DNA of 64,000 bases from Eledone cirrhosa (lineage: Eukaryota), in the NCBI GenBank assembly GCA_964016885.1, contig OZ024742.1, positions 86,180,001 to 86,244,000 of the forward strand. Reading direction: 5' to 3'. Positions 39,801 through 54,600 of this stretch are shown here, in pieces. Positions within the stretch are counted from its first letter, which is position 1, and every line of letters begins with the position of its first letter. A model generated the notes under the pieces. It was not told the DNA's origin and ran no database searches. It saw only the letters and a list, made by a program, of their open reading frames with translations. Made by a program: the position numbers and the translations under genes.

Positions 39801-42760
39801 ACACGGACCACAAATTCGTGATCTGTGTGCTTGACTTAGATAGGCTTCATATACGAGGACCCGGCTACTGGAAGCTAAACGCGTCCTTACCAGCGCGCAA
39901 GGCCTACAGAGACCGTATTAGCGAACTAGTTGAGCGGGCGTTAACGGGTGCCATCGTCAACGACAAGTGGTGGTTTGCTCTGAAAAGAGCAATTAGAATA
40001 GAGTCCATTAGGTTTATTAAGGCTTTAGCAATAGAGAAAAATAGAGAAGAGGCAAAATTAGTTAGAAAATTAGACGAGGCGCTTTGCAAAGGCATCGCGA
40101 CCGACGTACTTGCGGCGAAATTGGCCCTTGACCAATTCTTCAATGCAAAGCACGAAGGCTGCGTTGTCAGAGCTTGTATGCGTGCTCTCAGACACGAGGG
40201 GACGAAAGCCGTAGAATGGGCCCGAGTGGCGGAGGCGCGTCGTGGCAACAAAGCCACGATCCGGTCTTTGGTGGACCACGACGGGCGCATGCTACTCGAT
40301 CCCGGGCAAATGTGTGAAGCTTTTCAGCGACACTTCGCTCAACTGTTCGGGGGCAGTGGCGGGCCGGATCGAGGGATGGACTTTAGTGTCAACCTCGACG
40401 GACTGCCGCGGCTCTCGGCCACTGAGGCGGAGTGTTGCGAAAAGCCGATAACGGCCGCTGAAGTACGGGAGGCAATGACTGGCTGCACATGGGGTAAATC
40501 GACTGGTTTGGATGATCTGCCCTATGAACGTTACGTACACATGCCAGACTTGTTCGGAGGCCCCTTGGCGGACGTCTACTGCAACTGGCAACAGAACGGG
40601 AGAATTCCCAGCGGTGGCGCTGCTGAGAAAGGATCCGAACAAGGGGGATAACATAGATAATTTATGCCCATAACTCTGCTAAACACAGAGTTCAAGATTT
40701 TGGCCAAGGTGCTAGCAAAGAGGTTGGCGCTTGTCGTTGGTTGTCTGGTGGGAGAGGCGCAGACATGCGCCATTCCCGACAGATCCATCCACGACAACCT
40801 CCACCTCATGCGATACATCGTACAGAGGGTAGCTAGGGAACCTGGCACGGATGGGTCTTTGATTAATTTAGATCAGTCGAAAGCCTTCGATAGGGTCGAC
40901 CATCGTTACCTAGCGGCAGTCCTGAAGGCGGCTGGCTCTGGGCCCGTCTTCAGATTCTGGATCGCTGACATGCACAGCGACATCTACTCTGTAGTGAGAG
41001 TGAACGGTCACCTTTCGGAACCGTTCAACATCATGCGCTCGGACCGCCAAGGATGCCCCCTCTCGTCCCTAATCTACGTATTGACTCTCGAGCCATTACT
41101 GCACAAACTGGAGACGTTGAGCGGGGTCCCGCACGAACTAGGATGCGGAAGATCCGTGTCAGCATATGCGGACGATATCACCGTAGTGGTGTCGAACGCC
41201 AAACACATCGAGGCGATCGGCACTCCACTAAGAGATTACGAAGCCGTGACAGGAGCAATGATCAGCCACGAAAAGTCAGTGGGCCTGCAGCTCGGCACCT
41301 GGAGAGGAAGTCCATGCCGTCCAGCAGCGTCGTCGGGCGTTGGACAGACGGACCGGTTAAATTGCTAGGGGTCTGGTTCGGTCCAAAAACGGGGACGAGT
41401 TGGCGTGCAGGGTGTCTTCTCTCACTCAGAAATGGGTCGAGAGGAAGCTATCCCTGAAAGGTCGAGCGGAGGTGGCTAACGATACATCGCGTCCGTCATC
41501 TACTAGCGCCTGACCGTCGTACCTTGTCGTAAGCCCCGCCTGACTGCGCTGGAGCGTTTGCTCTTTCGCTTTTTGTTGAAGGGACGCGCTCCGATGGTCA
41601 GGAGGTCCATCTGCTGTCAACACCCGCTACGTGGAGGGCTGGGCATGCCGTGGCTGATGATGCGCAGACACGCGCTCAGGCTACGACATCTCCACCTCTT
41701 ATCGACGGTGATCAGGTGTGGTCGCCGTTTGCTAGACCCATCTTTCCACAGCTCGTCTCCTTGACGGAGCTGCAGTCCTGAGTCAAGCGAAGACCGAGAG
41801 GGAGCAATAGGAGACTGGAATGTCTTCAGGCGCTCACAGCCCTCGACCAATCGGGCAATGTGATCGGTGGAAACTCCACCTTGGCGTTCTATAGAGGATT
41901 AGTGGAGGGAAAGAGTGACGACGTACTTGGAGAAACTCTAGGCGTCGACGAAAGTCAACTAGCCAATCTCTTCGGAAGGATTTCGGGTCGGGGCCTATGG
42001 ACAACTTCCAGAAATCCCTGGCCTGGCAGTGCTACCGGGGAGTTTTGCCAGTTCGGGATAAACTCTACAGGCATGGAGGTGCCGTCAGCCGGACATGTCC
42101 GAGATGCGCACAGGGTGACGAACCCGTTTGCACGCACTCGTCCAGTGTCCGAGCATTGCTGACTTGTGGGTTTATGTCGAACACCTGCTGTCGCGTGTAG
42201 GACGGATACAGCTATCAGCTGAGTCCATCGTGAGGATTGCCCCGCCCTCTCCCTTTAGCCGGGAAAGGCAGGCAGTTTTTATCTGTCTGGTGGACATGGC
42301 GAAAGAGATAGTATGGTGGACACGTTTGAAAGGGCTGAAGACGAGCACTTACCTCTTCGGTGATGCCCTGATTAACTTTTTCAAATTTCATTTGAAAAGG
42401 AAAATCAGGGTAGAGAGGGAAGTGCTCTCTTCCCAGCATTTTGTTGAAAGATGGGTGAGAGAAGCAAGTATGGCCCGAATGAATCGGCCTTTTCTGAGTA
42501 TGTGTCTGTAAATTAAAGGTGGAAAACTGGGTGAGGGCACTTGCCCTGGTGGTCAGAGTCACTGTGGTCTTTTAATGGGGTTTCTCCACAAATGTCCCTC
42601 AGAAGTCTCCCCCCTATTGGGGAATTTTTCTTTGTTATTTTATTACATCCTCTGTTTTTTTTTACACGCAAAAATGACAATTTGTACCGTCCTGTATTGT
42701 CCTGTACTCTCCTTAATGTCTACTTAATGTAAACCCTTGTGGTTAATAAAGAAAACATTA
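36880..42760 (+). mobile_element. Near full-length disrupted Tx1/L1-clade LINE copy B
   Basis: ORF1 pieces 37092-39039 (CVVCGEGTHLRAFC). ORF2 39131-42511 has APE, RT (PITLLN, LDQSKAFDRV, RQGCPLS, YADD) and a C-terminal CPRC..H...C. AATAAA and (ATT)n tail. Confidence 0.93.
39131..42511 (+). pseudogene. Tx1 ORF2 (APE-RT-CCHC) with stops and frameshifts
   Basis: ORF-track segments 39131-39718, 39818-40651, 40664-41368, 41558-41764, 41997-42200 and 42128-42511. Confidence 0.9.
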
Positions 42761-42779
42761 TTATTATTATTATTATTAC

Positions 42780-44360
42780 AGTTGCATTTATCTTGCTTCA
42801 TGTTCATACGAGTTATCACCGAATCACAACCAGTGACCTCAAGAGACAACAAGGTCCGCCATGTTCAAGAAAGAACATACATACACACAATGCATCTTTA
42901 GTGTTTAGACTTGTGATGTACTTATATTGACAGAATCTTCCTTAGTATATGGACAGTTCCCATTAGTACTATCTTTTGTATTTCTCCTATACGCGGGTTT
43001 CCTGGGATTTGCGATAAGTAATCATTAGACCCCTTAGGTATCATTCCTAGAGCGCCCACAACCACTGGTATTGTTTTAGTTCTCAATTTCCACATTTTTC
43101 CAATTTCTATCTCCAGGTCCTTATACTTGCTCAATTTTTCGAATGTTTTTATAGATACATTCCTGTCTATTGGAACGGACATATCAATTAGCAGGCATAC
43201 CCTCTTTTTAAAGTCCTTCAATATTATATCAGGTCTAGTTGCATCTATTATTCGGTCTGTTTGGATGCTAAAGTTCGACAAGATTGAGATGTGATCTTTT
43301 TCAAGTATGGGAGGTGGTTGATGCTCCCACCAATTCTTTTGATGGGGGAGGTCAAAATGCTTACACATTATCCAATGTATGTATTGTGTAGTTCTGACAT
43401 GCCTGTTTAGGTATTCGGTTGGAGCTATAGGACTGCACATTGAAATTATATAGTCAATGGTCTCTGGTTGTTTTTTGCATACACGGCATAATGGGCTGCA
43501 TCCATTTTTTATTATGTTGGCTTGGTAATTTTTTGTTGGCAGACACTGATCTTGTGCTGATATAATCAGTCTTTCAGTCTCCGATTTCAGTCCAGAGGAT
43601 GCCAACCACTGATGGGTTAAATGGGACTATAAAATTTCTATGTCAGATCGGAGAAGGTTTATTTGGCGATTGATGTTCTCTTGCCAAGTAGATTTCTTGT
43701 GGGAATTCCTTTGTTTTTTCATCTTCACTCCACATAAGTGAGTGGTGACTTTAGCCGATGCATAATAGAGATGATTTAAATCAGTAATGTTTAGTTTGTT
43801 TGTGATGATAATGTTTTTGAGAATTATGTTAGTCTTGTGTATTATCTTTTGGTTCTGTTTGGAGTTCTGGATCTTAGGGAGGTTGTCTCGTTGCCCCATG
43901 TCAGATTCTTTCATTTTCATCCATTCGATCATAATTTCATCCTTCAAGTTGGCAAGTTCATTCTCATTCATTTCTTTATCATTTACGATCTCATTATTTT
44001 CATTTGGAGTTTCATCTTGAGCATGCACTCCCTCCACTTTTTCGATCCTTTCTTTAATTTGTTCTGTTGCCAGTGATTCCACCCCAACCCTGGGATTCAA
44101 AGTGTTACAATTTACCTCGTTTTCACTGACACATGTTTCATTTTACCTTCGCTGACTTTGTGCTAATAGCTTGATCTGATCAATTTCTATATCAGTTAGT
44201 AACTTTTTCTTTTCAATATTTCTTCGTATATTGGCTAGTTTGTTACTGTCAATATAGCCTCTGTTTTCGGGATGTTTCTTTTTCCAGTTGATATATGTCT
44301 GTTCTGTATTCGATGTATTTGATGGGTAGTACATGGTAGTGTAGAAAGCCTCAAGGACTT
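42780..44360 (-). mobile_element. R4/Dong-clade LINE (family B) with RT deleted
   Basis: N-terminal region (43627-44100) is fused directly to the CCHC/RLE region (42922-43605: CRVC...C, RPDIIL..IDMSVP). Confidence 0.88.
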
Positions 44361-44382
44361 TTATTATTATTATTATTATTAT

Positions 44383-44462
<80 letters not shown>

Positions 44463-44541
44463 ATATTAGCATTAGTAGAATTACTAGAACCACTGCCGCA
44501 GTTGTTGCTGCTGTTGCTGCTGCTGCTACTACTACTACTAG

Positions 44542-44574
<33 letters not shown>

Positions 44575-44580
44575 CAGTAG
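44361..44580. repeat. Compound microsatellite (TTA)n-(TAG)n-(CTA)n-(CTG)n
   Basis: Includes a spacer-less TAG/CTA palindrome centred near 44428. Confidence 0.95.
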
Positions 44581-44597
44581 TCGAAGTAGTAGTTCTT

Positions 44598-46950
44598 ACT
44601 TCTTCATGGACCATAGCACAAGGAGCAATACAAATGACACGGAGGGATTTACATAAAAAACAAAAGTTTAAACAAAGAAAACAGTCATAACAATAGAATT
44701 CTCCAATTGGAGGGAATAAATCCAAAGGTAAATTATGAACCCCTCCGATATGAAAAAAACCTTGATATTCAAGAGCAGCTTAAATAATATTGGATATCCC
44801 TGTCTTAAGGCGCACTCTAATAGTATGTCTATTCCTTCTGACCATCATTCAACCCCGACTTTTACAAACATACGTGAAATCATCAGTTCCTTCTTTACCT
44901 CCCTTTCATATCCAAAGTGAAATTTTGAAAAATAAATGACAGTTTTGCTGAAGATTAAGGTGTCTGTTTTCAGTCTTCTTAGTCAATTGCATAACACATC
45001 CTCTTTCAATATAGCCAGCAGACAGGGAAAAGCTGGGGAGCATCGTTACAAAGAAATCGGCCGAGAGTAGCCCTTGAGATTAGCAACGCTTAACAGTGCA
45101 GGCACAACAGATTTATTTTATCTGAGACGATCTCAGGCATGTTTCTTTTGTTCGCATTTACGTGCAAGTGGAAATTGGATTGAAATTGAAAGTGATCATG
45201 TGTAGCGCTGTCATGCTAAGAATTTCTGGATTGTGCCCATTTTTCCGGGGGGAATGTTGGTCGGAATTGACTAGTTAGTTGATTGTAGTCGACACTTAGG
45301 CATTATCCTTGAATGTTGCTGCACTTGCTCAACACCACTTCTTTATAGTAATTTAAAGAGGACATTTTCCGGATTACATTGTCTAAATGATAAATGTCGT
45401 GGGCACCTGGCAACATTGTAAATGCCAAGTGTCAAATATCGGTTTCGTTTCACCAAAGACTCTAGTTTAGCCAGAGACCTGTTATGGAAAGACGCAGCTG
45501 AAGAAAGATACCAAACCGGTTCGCCGTTCAACGGTATTTCCACAGGCCGTAGCCTTAATACTTCTGTGCACAACAATAACGCCGACATGCTGAGCCCTTC
45601 GCGCAAAATATGTGGACAGCAATTTTACAGCCTGGGCAGTTGAACTTGTCAATTCTGTTAGGAATGTAATAGTAGAATTTCAAATCTTCTGTTACCCGAA
45701 CTGAGGTTGTGCACGACTGTTAGACAGCAATACACCTCAGACGTGATTTACGTGTTTGCCACCTCTGTCACACATTTGAATAAAAGTTTTCTCTCGACCA
45801 GTTTCCTGTCCAATATTTTATTCACTTGGAGTTCCGGGTTAAACAATAACCACGCCAACTGAACAGGTCTTTCTGTTTAACATACTTCAGTGCTCCTGCA
45901 CTACATACAGTTGTCTCAACAGGTGCTCTGAGGCAGATTATGTGAAGGCATCCTCAATGTACCAAACACGTGATTTGAAACGGTTTCGATTGGTGGATAT
46001 TTACTCAGATAGCTATTGGTTATTCATGCTGCTCTAATCACCATTTTGAAAGTTTACCACAAACGGTGTTAGACGATTCTTCCAGTAAATTGACATTTTA
46101 ATAATTCACTAATCCAATCACATTTGATATTAAGCATCTGGAACTACCAGTTGCTTTTCCAGTTACAGGCCCTCTCAAAATGATATCTCTACCCTTGAGG
46201 ATGCAAATCACAAATATCTCGTCGCAAGACACACTAGGCTTTCCATAACTGCTAACCTCATAAAAACAAATATATATAATTACCATCTAGATGAACCTAT
46301 GATATTGGTCCACGTCCACACAGTTTCTTCCCGGTCGTCCCTAGGGGAGGTTCATTTATGAAATGATAGCCATGTAAGCCGGAAAGTGTTGGGAGAAGAG
46401 AAAACGCGGACTATTTACCCTTCTGATGCTGTTGGTCATTCAACCCCTATATATGGGTTTTACATTTGCCATTCGGGTGGCACCATTACTTCTCCTTTCC
46501 CTCTTCAGAATGTATTATATTGTTGGCCTGGGTCAAATTAAGATTGTTGTTTTCGTGTGATAATAAACGCGTTTATTTTTTATTTGACTTTGCGATGTCC
46601 AAGAAAGATTTTGTCGATATTTTGTTGTTAGCGTAATTATGTTTACTAGATACGATCTAGCTGACACATTGGCACACTTAGCATATCCAGTCATTACTTG
46701 TCAGGCAGTTGAAAGTACCTGAGCAGTTTCTGTGGGGTCTAAGATTATGTACCGGTCGCTCATTAGCTTTAATGAGCGGTGAGTTCCTAGAAGGTTCTCC
46801 AGTCGCCTGAGGAAATCGGTCTTTACTGCTCATGTAGAGGCATAGACAGACACTAGAATAAAAGCATACGCTTCGCTGCATTATTCATTTGAACGTTCGA
46901 TGTACTGTCACGTTACATCCGGCTGAATGTTGGGGGGCGTGCTCTGTCCA
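44598..46950 (-). mobile_element. Old, deleted Tx1 relic (copy D)
   Basis: 3' UTR resembles copies A and B. REGLSMSALLL..LRLR aligns with RGGLGMPWLMM..LRLR, and VWTWTNIIGSSR aligns with the APE. Confidence 0.65.
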
Positions 46951-47194
46951 AGTTTTTTTTTTAAATATTTTTTTCAGGAAAAAAAGTTCAAATATTTGGG
47001 CCCATGTCGAAAATATCATGGTGTCACCTTAACACAGTGCAATGTGTGAGGCGTTATAAAGAGTTTGGGATATAAATGTAAGGAGGAATACAATATAAAC
47101 ACTTGAAAATTATGAAAACTACGTAGCGATATACACATACGTCTTGATAACCATGATAATAATAATAATGATAATAATGGTTAATAAAAATAAT

Positions 47195-49340
47195 AATTTC
47201 TTTATTAATTCTGTATTAGTGGCCACAAGTGCCGAACATAGAGCACAATACAAAGACAGGGGACAGTGCGGGGTTATATATATTCGAGTAAAAGTTGTAA
47301 ACAAAAGAAATTAACACAGAATATAGACTCAGAATTCCCCAATAGAGGGGCATACCATCCAGGGATGACGTTAGGAACCCCACAAATCCCGACCCAGCTT
47401 CATCTACAAGAGCACCCTTCCAGCCTACATGCACATGATCAGAGTCGGCCCATTCACACGGGCCATCCGTGCAGCAATTACCAATCTTTTTGAAAATGAT
47501 CTGGGTGGCAACATTTATCTCTCCACCCGTATCTTCCTTTCCAGTAACGTCCACCACACATCTTCTTTCGCTAGGGCTATCAGACAGATTGGAATTACCT
47601 GCTGCTCCCAGGCAAAATAAGGCGGTGGGGCGATCGTTACTATGGACTCGGTCGATAGCCGGATTGGTCCCACACGAGATAATAGCTGTTCGACAAAATC
47701 CATAAATCAGCAATACACGGACACTGGACGAGTGTGTGCAAAAGGGTTTCGTCGTTCTGCACACATCTGGGCAGCTCCGTCTGACAGCGTTACTATATCT
47801 ATAGAATTTACCTCGAACCGGAAGGGCTCCTCGGTAGTTCTGTCAAGCGAGGGCTTTCTGGAAACTGCCCATAGTCCCCGGCTCGAAATTACTCTCTAAT
47901 GAACTAGAGAGTTCGTTATCGTCGACGCCTAGAGTCTTTCCGAGAGCATCGTCGCACGTGCCCGCCATTAATCCTCTATAGAACTCTTCAGTGGATATTT
48001 TAATGACTCCATTGCCCACCTTGTAGATGTTAATGAGCACCTGGCAATAATCCAGAAGCCATTCAGTCAGTCTCAGTCAGTTCTTGACCCAGGACTGCAG
48101 CTCAGTTAAAGAGACGAGCTACGGAAAGGCGCGTCTGACAAACAGCGATCCCACCTGTTCAGCGTTTAGGCAGAATATCTGAAGATACCTCAGTCTCAGC
48201 GCATATTTGCACAGCATTAGACAGTGTTTGCCCAGTTCTACACGTCGAGTGTGCTAGCAGCAGATGGACTTCCTCACCAATCGAACCTGGCCCCTCCACA
48301 AAAAGATGGAGAGGAGCCGCTCCAATTTGGTGCAGCGCAGGCAAGGGAAAGGCACAAATCTCAGCTGGTAGTAGATGACGGATGCAATGTACGCATTCAC
48401 CACATCCACCCGACATTTCAGTAATAACTTCCTCGCACCCTATTTCTGGGTGAGACTGGTTACCCTGACCATCACCTCGTCGCAATTTGTATCCACCTGT
48501 AGGTCTGGCCCGAACTAAACCCAGTGCAACTTTACCTGTCTGTCCATCCAGTGTCCAACGATGCTGTTGGACGGCATGGACTTGCCTCTCCAAGTGCCGA
48601 GTTGCAATAACAGAGATTTTTCCGCGTTAAGTTTCGCTGACGTCAATCTTTCATTTTCCTTCAATAAGTTGCCGACCACCTCGATTTCAGAGCTGTTTGA
48701 CATCATCACGGTGATTTCGCCCGCATAATTTGAGACAGCCTTTCTGCGTCCCAGTTAGAGCGGGCTGCCCTGCAAGAAATCCAGCTTCCATGGTAAAGGC
48801 TCGAGAGTCAATACAAACAGAAGGGAGGACAGAGGGCACATGTGACAGAACCATCGGGAGATCTGAAACGGTTCCGAGTGGTGGCCATTATTTTGACCAC
48901 CGCATTGGCCACTTTGACCACTGCATTGCAGCGATCCAGGATCTGAAAACGGGGCCGAAGCCAGCTGCTTTTAGGACAGCCTCCTGGCACCGATGGTTGA
49001 TCCTATTGAATGCGTTCGATTGATCTAAATTGATCAGAGCCCAACCGAAGCCAAGTTTACACCGTATTCTCTCTATTATCTATCACATGAGGTGGAGGTT
49101 GTCTTTTATACACCTGGTCGGGATTGCGCAAGCTTGCGCCTTCCCAACAAAATGTTTGACGACAAGCGCCAACCTGTTCAGTAACACATTGGCCAAAATC
49201 ATAAACTCTGTATTTTGCAGAGGTATGAGCCTGAAGTTACCTAATGTGTCCCTTTTGTACTTGTCTTTCCTCATCAGCATCAGAACTCCCCGACTGACAG
49301 AACTGGGAATGATCCCGTTCTGCTGCCGCCAATCAACTGA
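47195..49340 (-). mobile_element. 5'-truncated Tx1 LINE copy C
   Basis: NFRLIPLQNTEF, AQACAIP..DNLHLM, LQLGTWRGKSMP, LLSRVG. 3' end in an ATT-rich tract. Confidence 0.88.
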
Positions 49341-49359
49341 TGGCCCTCTATGCTCACCA

Positions 49360-52300
49360 TCAAGAAATCTACAGTAAAAGAAAGGAAAATAGTCAAGAAA
49401 CGAAAAATAAACAAGTAATTGAGGCTTTCTACACTGCCTTGCACTGCACACCAAATAGATGGAATACAGAACAATCATACATAAACTGGCAAACAATAAA
49501 AGAAACCCTCAAAACGTCAATTATTTTGACAGTAACAAAGTAGCTAATAAACGAAGAAACATCGTTAAGAAGAAATTGATACCTGACATAAAAAATGATC
49601 AGATAAGCAATTAGCGCAAAGTTATCGAAGGGAAAATGAAACATGTGTGAGTGAAATCGACAAAATTATAACACCTTCAATCCCAGGGTCACGCTGGAAA
49701 CAGGAAAAGGTGGAAGGTGTTCATGTACAAGATGAAGCATAAGATGAAAACAATCAAGAGATCATCAATGATAAAAAAATGAATGCGAATGAAGTCGCTA
49801 ACTTGAAGAATGAAATTATGATCGAATGGATGAAAATGAAAGAATCTGCCGTGGAGGAACGAGACACCCTCCCTAAGATCCAGAACTCCAAACAAAATCA
49901 GAGGATATTACACAAGACTCTCGTAGCTCTCAAAGGCATTATCACCACAAATAAACTAAACATTACTGAACTAAACCATTTCTATTATGCATCGGCTAAA
50001 GTCACCACTCAGTTATATGGAGTGAAAATGATAAACAAAGGAATCCCCACAAAAACCTAATTCACAAGAGAAGATCAATCGCCGAATAAACCTTCTTCGG
50101 TCTGTCGTAGACATATTACCAAACTACAGACTAGGTGAACATGTTAAAAACACAAAACTCAGAAAATTGAAAGGAAAATACTATATATAATCAACAAGCG
50201 ACATAGACATGATAATAGAAACAATCAAACAAAAGGTGTCGGCGAGAGCTACTCGTATAAGGCGCTTTGAAAAACGCTCCATATTCTATATAGACAACAA
50301 TATGTTCAAAAACAACCATACAAACTTTTTACAGAAATATTAGAAAGTCAACAATAACTGCTAAATCGATACCACCCAAAGAAGAAGTGCAAGAACTCTG
50401 CAAAAAGATCTGGACCGAAGAAAAAGTTCATAATACACATGCCCCATAGATAGACAGACAAATGAAAGATACAGCTCACCTTCAGGAACAAACATGGGAA
50501 AATATAACAGTTGAACATCAGCGTTTAGCTCTTAGAAAATCCAGCAAATAGAAATGTCAAAGGAAAGGCAAAATACTAAATATTTGGATAAATTCCTTCA
50601 CAGAGTCTCATGAGCTCTTAGCCCATCCTTACAATGAAATGTTTACGGAGCCGAAAAAGATACCAGCATGGCTAGTTAACGGCATTACATTCTTACTTCC
50701 GAAGAATGATGAGACAAATAATCCAAAATATTACAGGCCGATAACTTGCTTGACAACAATATATAAAATCATAACATCAAACCTAACATAATATACAAAT
50801 GATCACCTGATAACAAATGGTGTATGTCCCAATGCGCAGAGAGGATGTAAATGAGGCTTATATGGCTGTAAGGATCAGTTGTCGTTTAACAAATTGATTC
50901 TAGAAGATTGTCATAATAGACAAACAATTCTATCAATTGCTTGGATAGATTACAAAAAAAGATTTGATAGTTTGCCACAGTTAAATTGAAAAGTGTTTTG
51001 AGATATTTAAAATATTTTCTACTATCAGGAGGTTCCTGTCATTCAGTATGAAAACACGGAAACAACATTCATTTTGAACAGTGAAAAAGAATCACTGGGG
51101 GCTGGAGGATTTAATATGAATTGTAGAATTTTTCAGGGTGACTCTTTATCACCGCTTTTATACTACATCGCACTTATACCATAAGGAAAGTGCTCAATGA
51201 AACAAAACAGGGATATCAAGTCTATGATAAAACCCTTAATAACTTGTTCTACGTGGATGTCCTGAAGCAATTTGCAAAAAAATGATGAACAATTGCAAGG
51301 GCCATTATCCACTGTGAATCAGTTGAGTGATGATATTAAAATGGAGTTTTGACTAGATAAATGCGCCAAAGCCACGTTCATCAGAGGAAAGCTGATGTTT
51401 GTGAACGAGGCGGAATCAATCACTCGACAATGAGGGAAGGATAAGGAAGGAATATTACCGCTGATTAAGGGCAATTTTAATAAATGGATTGAATGCAAGG
51501 AATATGATCGATGCTATAAACACGCTTGTCATACCAGTAGTGACTTACAGTTACAATGTCATCCACTGGTCAAGCACAGAGATCCGTAAACTTGATACGA
51601 AAATTAGAAATTCTTAACCATGCACAGAATGCATCATCCTAACACAGATACAGATAAAATATATCTCCCTAGGAAAGAAGGATGACGTGGATTAATTCAG
51701 TTAGATATTTCTTTGAAAGCTGCAACAATTGGATTATCTACATATCTAAGAGAAGCACATGATTGGATGATCAAACTCGTTTTGAAACAATAAAAGATCA
51801 TACTCCATTACAAATTATGCACATAGCTACAATAATGAACCACAATTTTCAGAAGTTTGCTTTACTGCTGAAATGAAAATCACAGAACAAACAAAACAGG
51901 TAAAAGTAACTGCAAAGAAAGAAATATTACACAAACTCGTAAGAAAAGAAGAAAAGCATCTGTATAGAAAATACACAGAAAGAGCTAACAATCCTGATGT
52001 TGTCAAGACCTTATCCAGTGTTTGGCATCCTCTGGACTGAAACCGAAACCTGAAAGACTGATTCTATCATCACAAGATCAGTCTTCCAACATAAGGTTAC
52101 TAAGCCAACATCATAAAAATGGAGGAAACACATTATAATATAATCTCAATGTGCTGTTCTATAGCTCCAAACAAATACGTAAACAGGCACGACCGAGCGG
52201 CACACTATATACATTGGGTAATATGTACGTATTTTGAGCAGCCCCATCAAAAGAATTGGTGGGAGCATCAACCAACTTCCGTACTTGAAAGAGGTCAAAT

Positions 52301-52810
52301 ATTTATTTTGTGGAATGTTAGCATCCAAACAGATCGAAATATAGATGTAAATAGATCTGATCTAATACTGAAGGGCTTTAAACAGAAGGTGTGCTTGCTA
52401 ATTGATATTGCCATGGATATAGACAAGTATGTATCTATAAAAACATTTAAAAGATTGAGCAACTATAAAGACCTCCAGATAGAGATAGGAAACATGTGGA
52501 AGTTAAGAAGTAAAACAATACCAGTGGTTGTAGTTACTCTAGGAAGGCTAACTAAAGGGTCTAATGATTAATTATCTCAAATCCCAGGAAACCCGCGCAT
52601 AGAAGATATCCAAAAGATAGTACTTATGGGAACTGCCCATATACTAAGGAAGATTCTGTCAACATAAATACATCACAAGCGTAAACACCCAAAGATTCAT
52701 GTGTGTGTGTGTGTGTGTCTTTTGTTGAACAGGGCAGACCTTTATGTCTCTGGAGGTCACTGGATGTGACTTGGTGATAACTCGTATTAACATAGAACAA
52801 GATAAATGAA
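49360..52810 (+). mobile_element. Heavily mutated R4/Dong-clade LINE (family B)
   Basis: Paralogous to 42780-44360 but retains RT remnants (YRPITCL, WIDYKK, IFQGDSLSP) and RLE 52119-52571. Confidence 0.9.
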
Positions 52811-52839
52811 AAAAAAACAATTATAATAATACTAATGAT

Positions 52840-53010
52840 AATGCTTTCTTCATGGTTGGAAGACATCATCACACCCATCTGGAGTATACATTTCAGATGA
52901 AACCCGAAAATGTTAATCAAGGATTCAAGGAAGAGGGAAGTGTATATTTTGTACGCTTTGAAACGAGTCAAGCACACGATCTCTTTTGACATGGATAAAA
53001 TCTGCACCTG
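52840..53010 (-). mobile_element. Small Tx1 ORF2 3' fragment
   Basis: MSKEIVCLTRFKA...LINIFGFHLK matches MAKEIVWWTRLKG...LINFFKFHLK. Confidence 0.7.
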
Positions 53011-53959
53011 CTCCTCCTATAATAATAACTCTTTTATTATGTTTTCTTCCTCGAAAAGAATAGCAAATAATGAGCATTAGTATGAAGAACGACAAATCTT
53101 TGTAAATTGTACATTTAACGACGGAGAAATGGAGGAATCATTCATAATGTCTATAAATCACATAACAGAAAATAATTGAATTTTGAGTGCAATATATATT
53201 GAATTTGATTTCTTGAATAAACAACAAATGTAAACATTATAACTATGAATAGCGTTAAATTTTTCTAACTAAAAATATTATAAAATTATCAGAGTCAAAT
53301 GAAAGTCTGTTTTAAAGGAGATTGTTAAGAATTTCGAGATTTTCTTAATAATATAGGTTGATTTTTCTTTTCCGTTTGGAAAATTCAATTCAAATATGAA
53401 TGATAGATTATTATGAAAGCTTGCAACCTTTCCATTTTTTGTAACCTTATTATGTTACTTAATCTCTAAAATTTCTGCAATTCATTGAAATTTGTCTCGC
53501 GTGTAAAATGTAAGATTTTAGTATTATAGTAATATTTTCATTTCTTTCCGTATAATTTTTGTTATTTTCTAATTTCATAGATTAAATATTCAACTTCTGT
53601 TTTACACGGAAAAAAATATGTCTGTTCTATGTTTCATGTTTTAATATAGTTGTCTTTTTCACGTAATGCAAAATGTCATATATTTTCATAAATGAACTGA
53701 TTCGAATTAAATAGTGTAGTCTTAATAACCATCCCAAGATTTACATTGGGATATCGCGTTCATCTTCTGTAATATTATTCTCAATATCCCATATGAAACA
53801 TGCAACAAATGTTCGCCGAATATTGCGGCTGCGATTCTATATTTCGAGGACTACATCAATGCAATTCTTGCAATTACCACAACAATAACGAACTTTTCAT
53901 CTTTGTGTACTTATCTTTACACTTTTAATATTATAGCGGCGAATGTATTACTTGGTATA

Positions 53960-54141
53960 TAATTGTTTCTACTTTAGGCACAAGGCCAGCAATTACCCAG
54001 TGCATTACTGGTACTTTATTTTATCGACCCCGTAAGGATGAAAGGCAAAGTCAACCTCGGCGGGATTTGAACTCAGATCGTAAAGGGACGTAACTATGCT
54101 GGAAAGCATGGCGTCCGACTCTCTACCGATACTGCCAATCC
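53960..54141 (-). mobile_element. Nin-like SINE copy
   Basis: Near-consensus copy. Confidence 0.9.
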
Positions 54142-54512
54142 ACACACACACACGAAACACATACACGCACGCACGCGCGCACACACACGTATATATATAT
54201 ATATATCCATTTCTCCAGATAAATAAAATCTTCTGTAAGTTGCACGTTGACATGTCGCATTGGGAACACTAAAGGCAGGTCATTTAAGACTGATTAAATC
54301 CTAAGACATAATATCCCATTAATCTGTTGCATGATTTTCAGCGCTGTATACTACCCCACATTATACATTAAGGTTAACACATCATTTAGACACGTTTCTT
54401 CTTGGGCGTTTATATGAAAGTTACGTAATGCTTATATTATTTCAATCTAAGATCGGATATCGCACATACATACACACAGACACGCACACACACATGAACG
54501 CATATTCCTATT

Positions 54513-54596
<84 letters not shown>

Positions 54597-54600
<4 letters not shown>

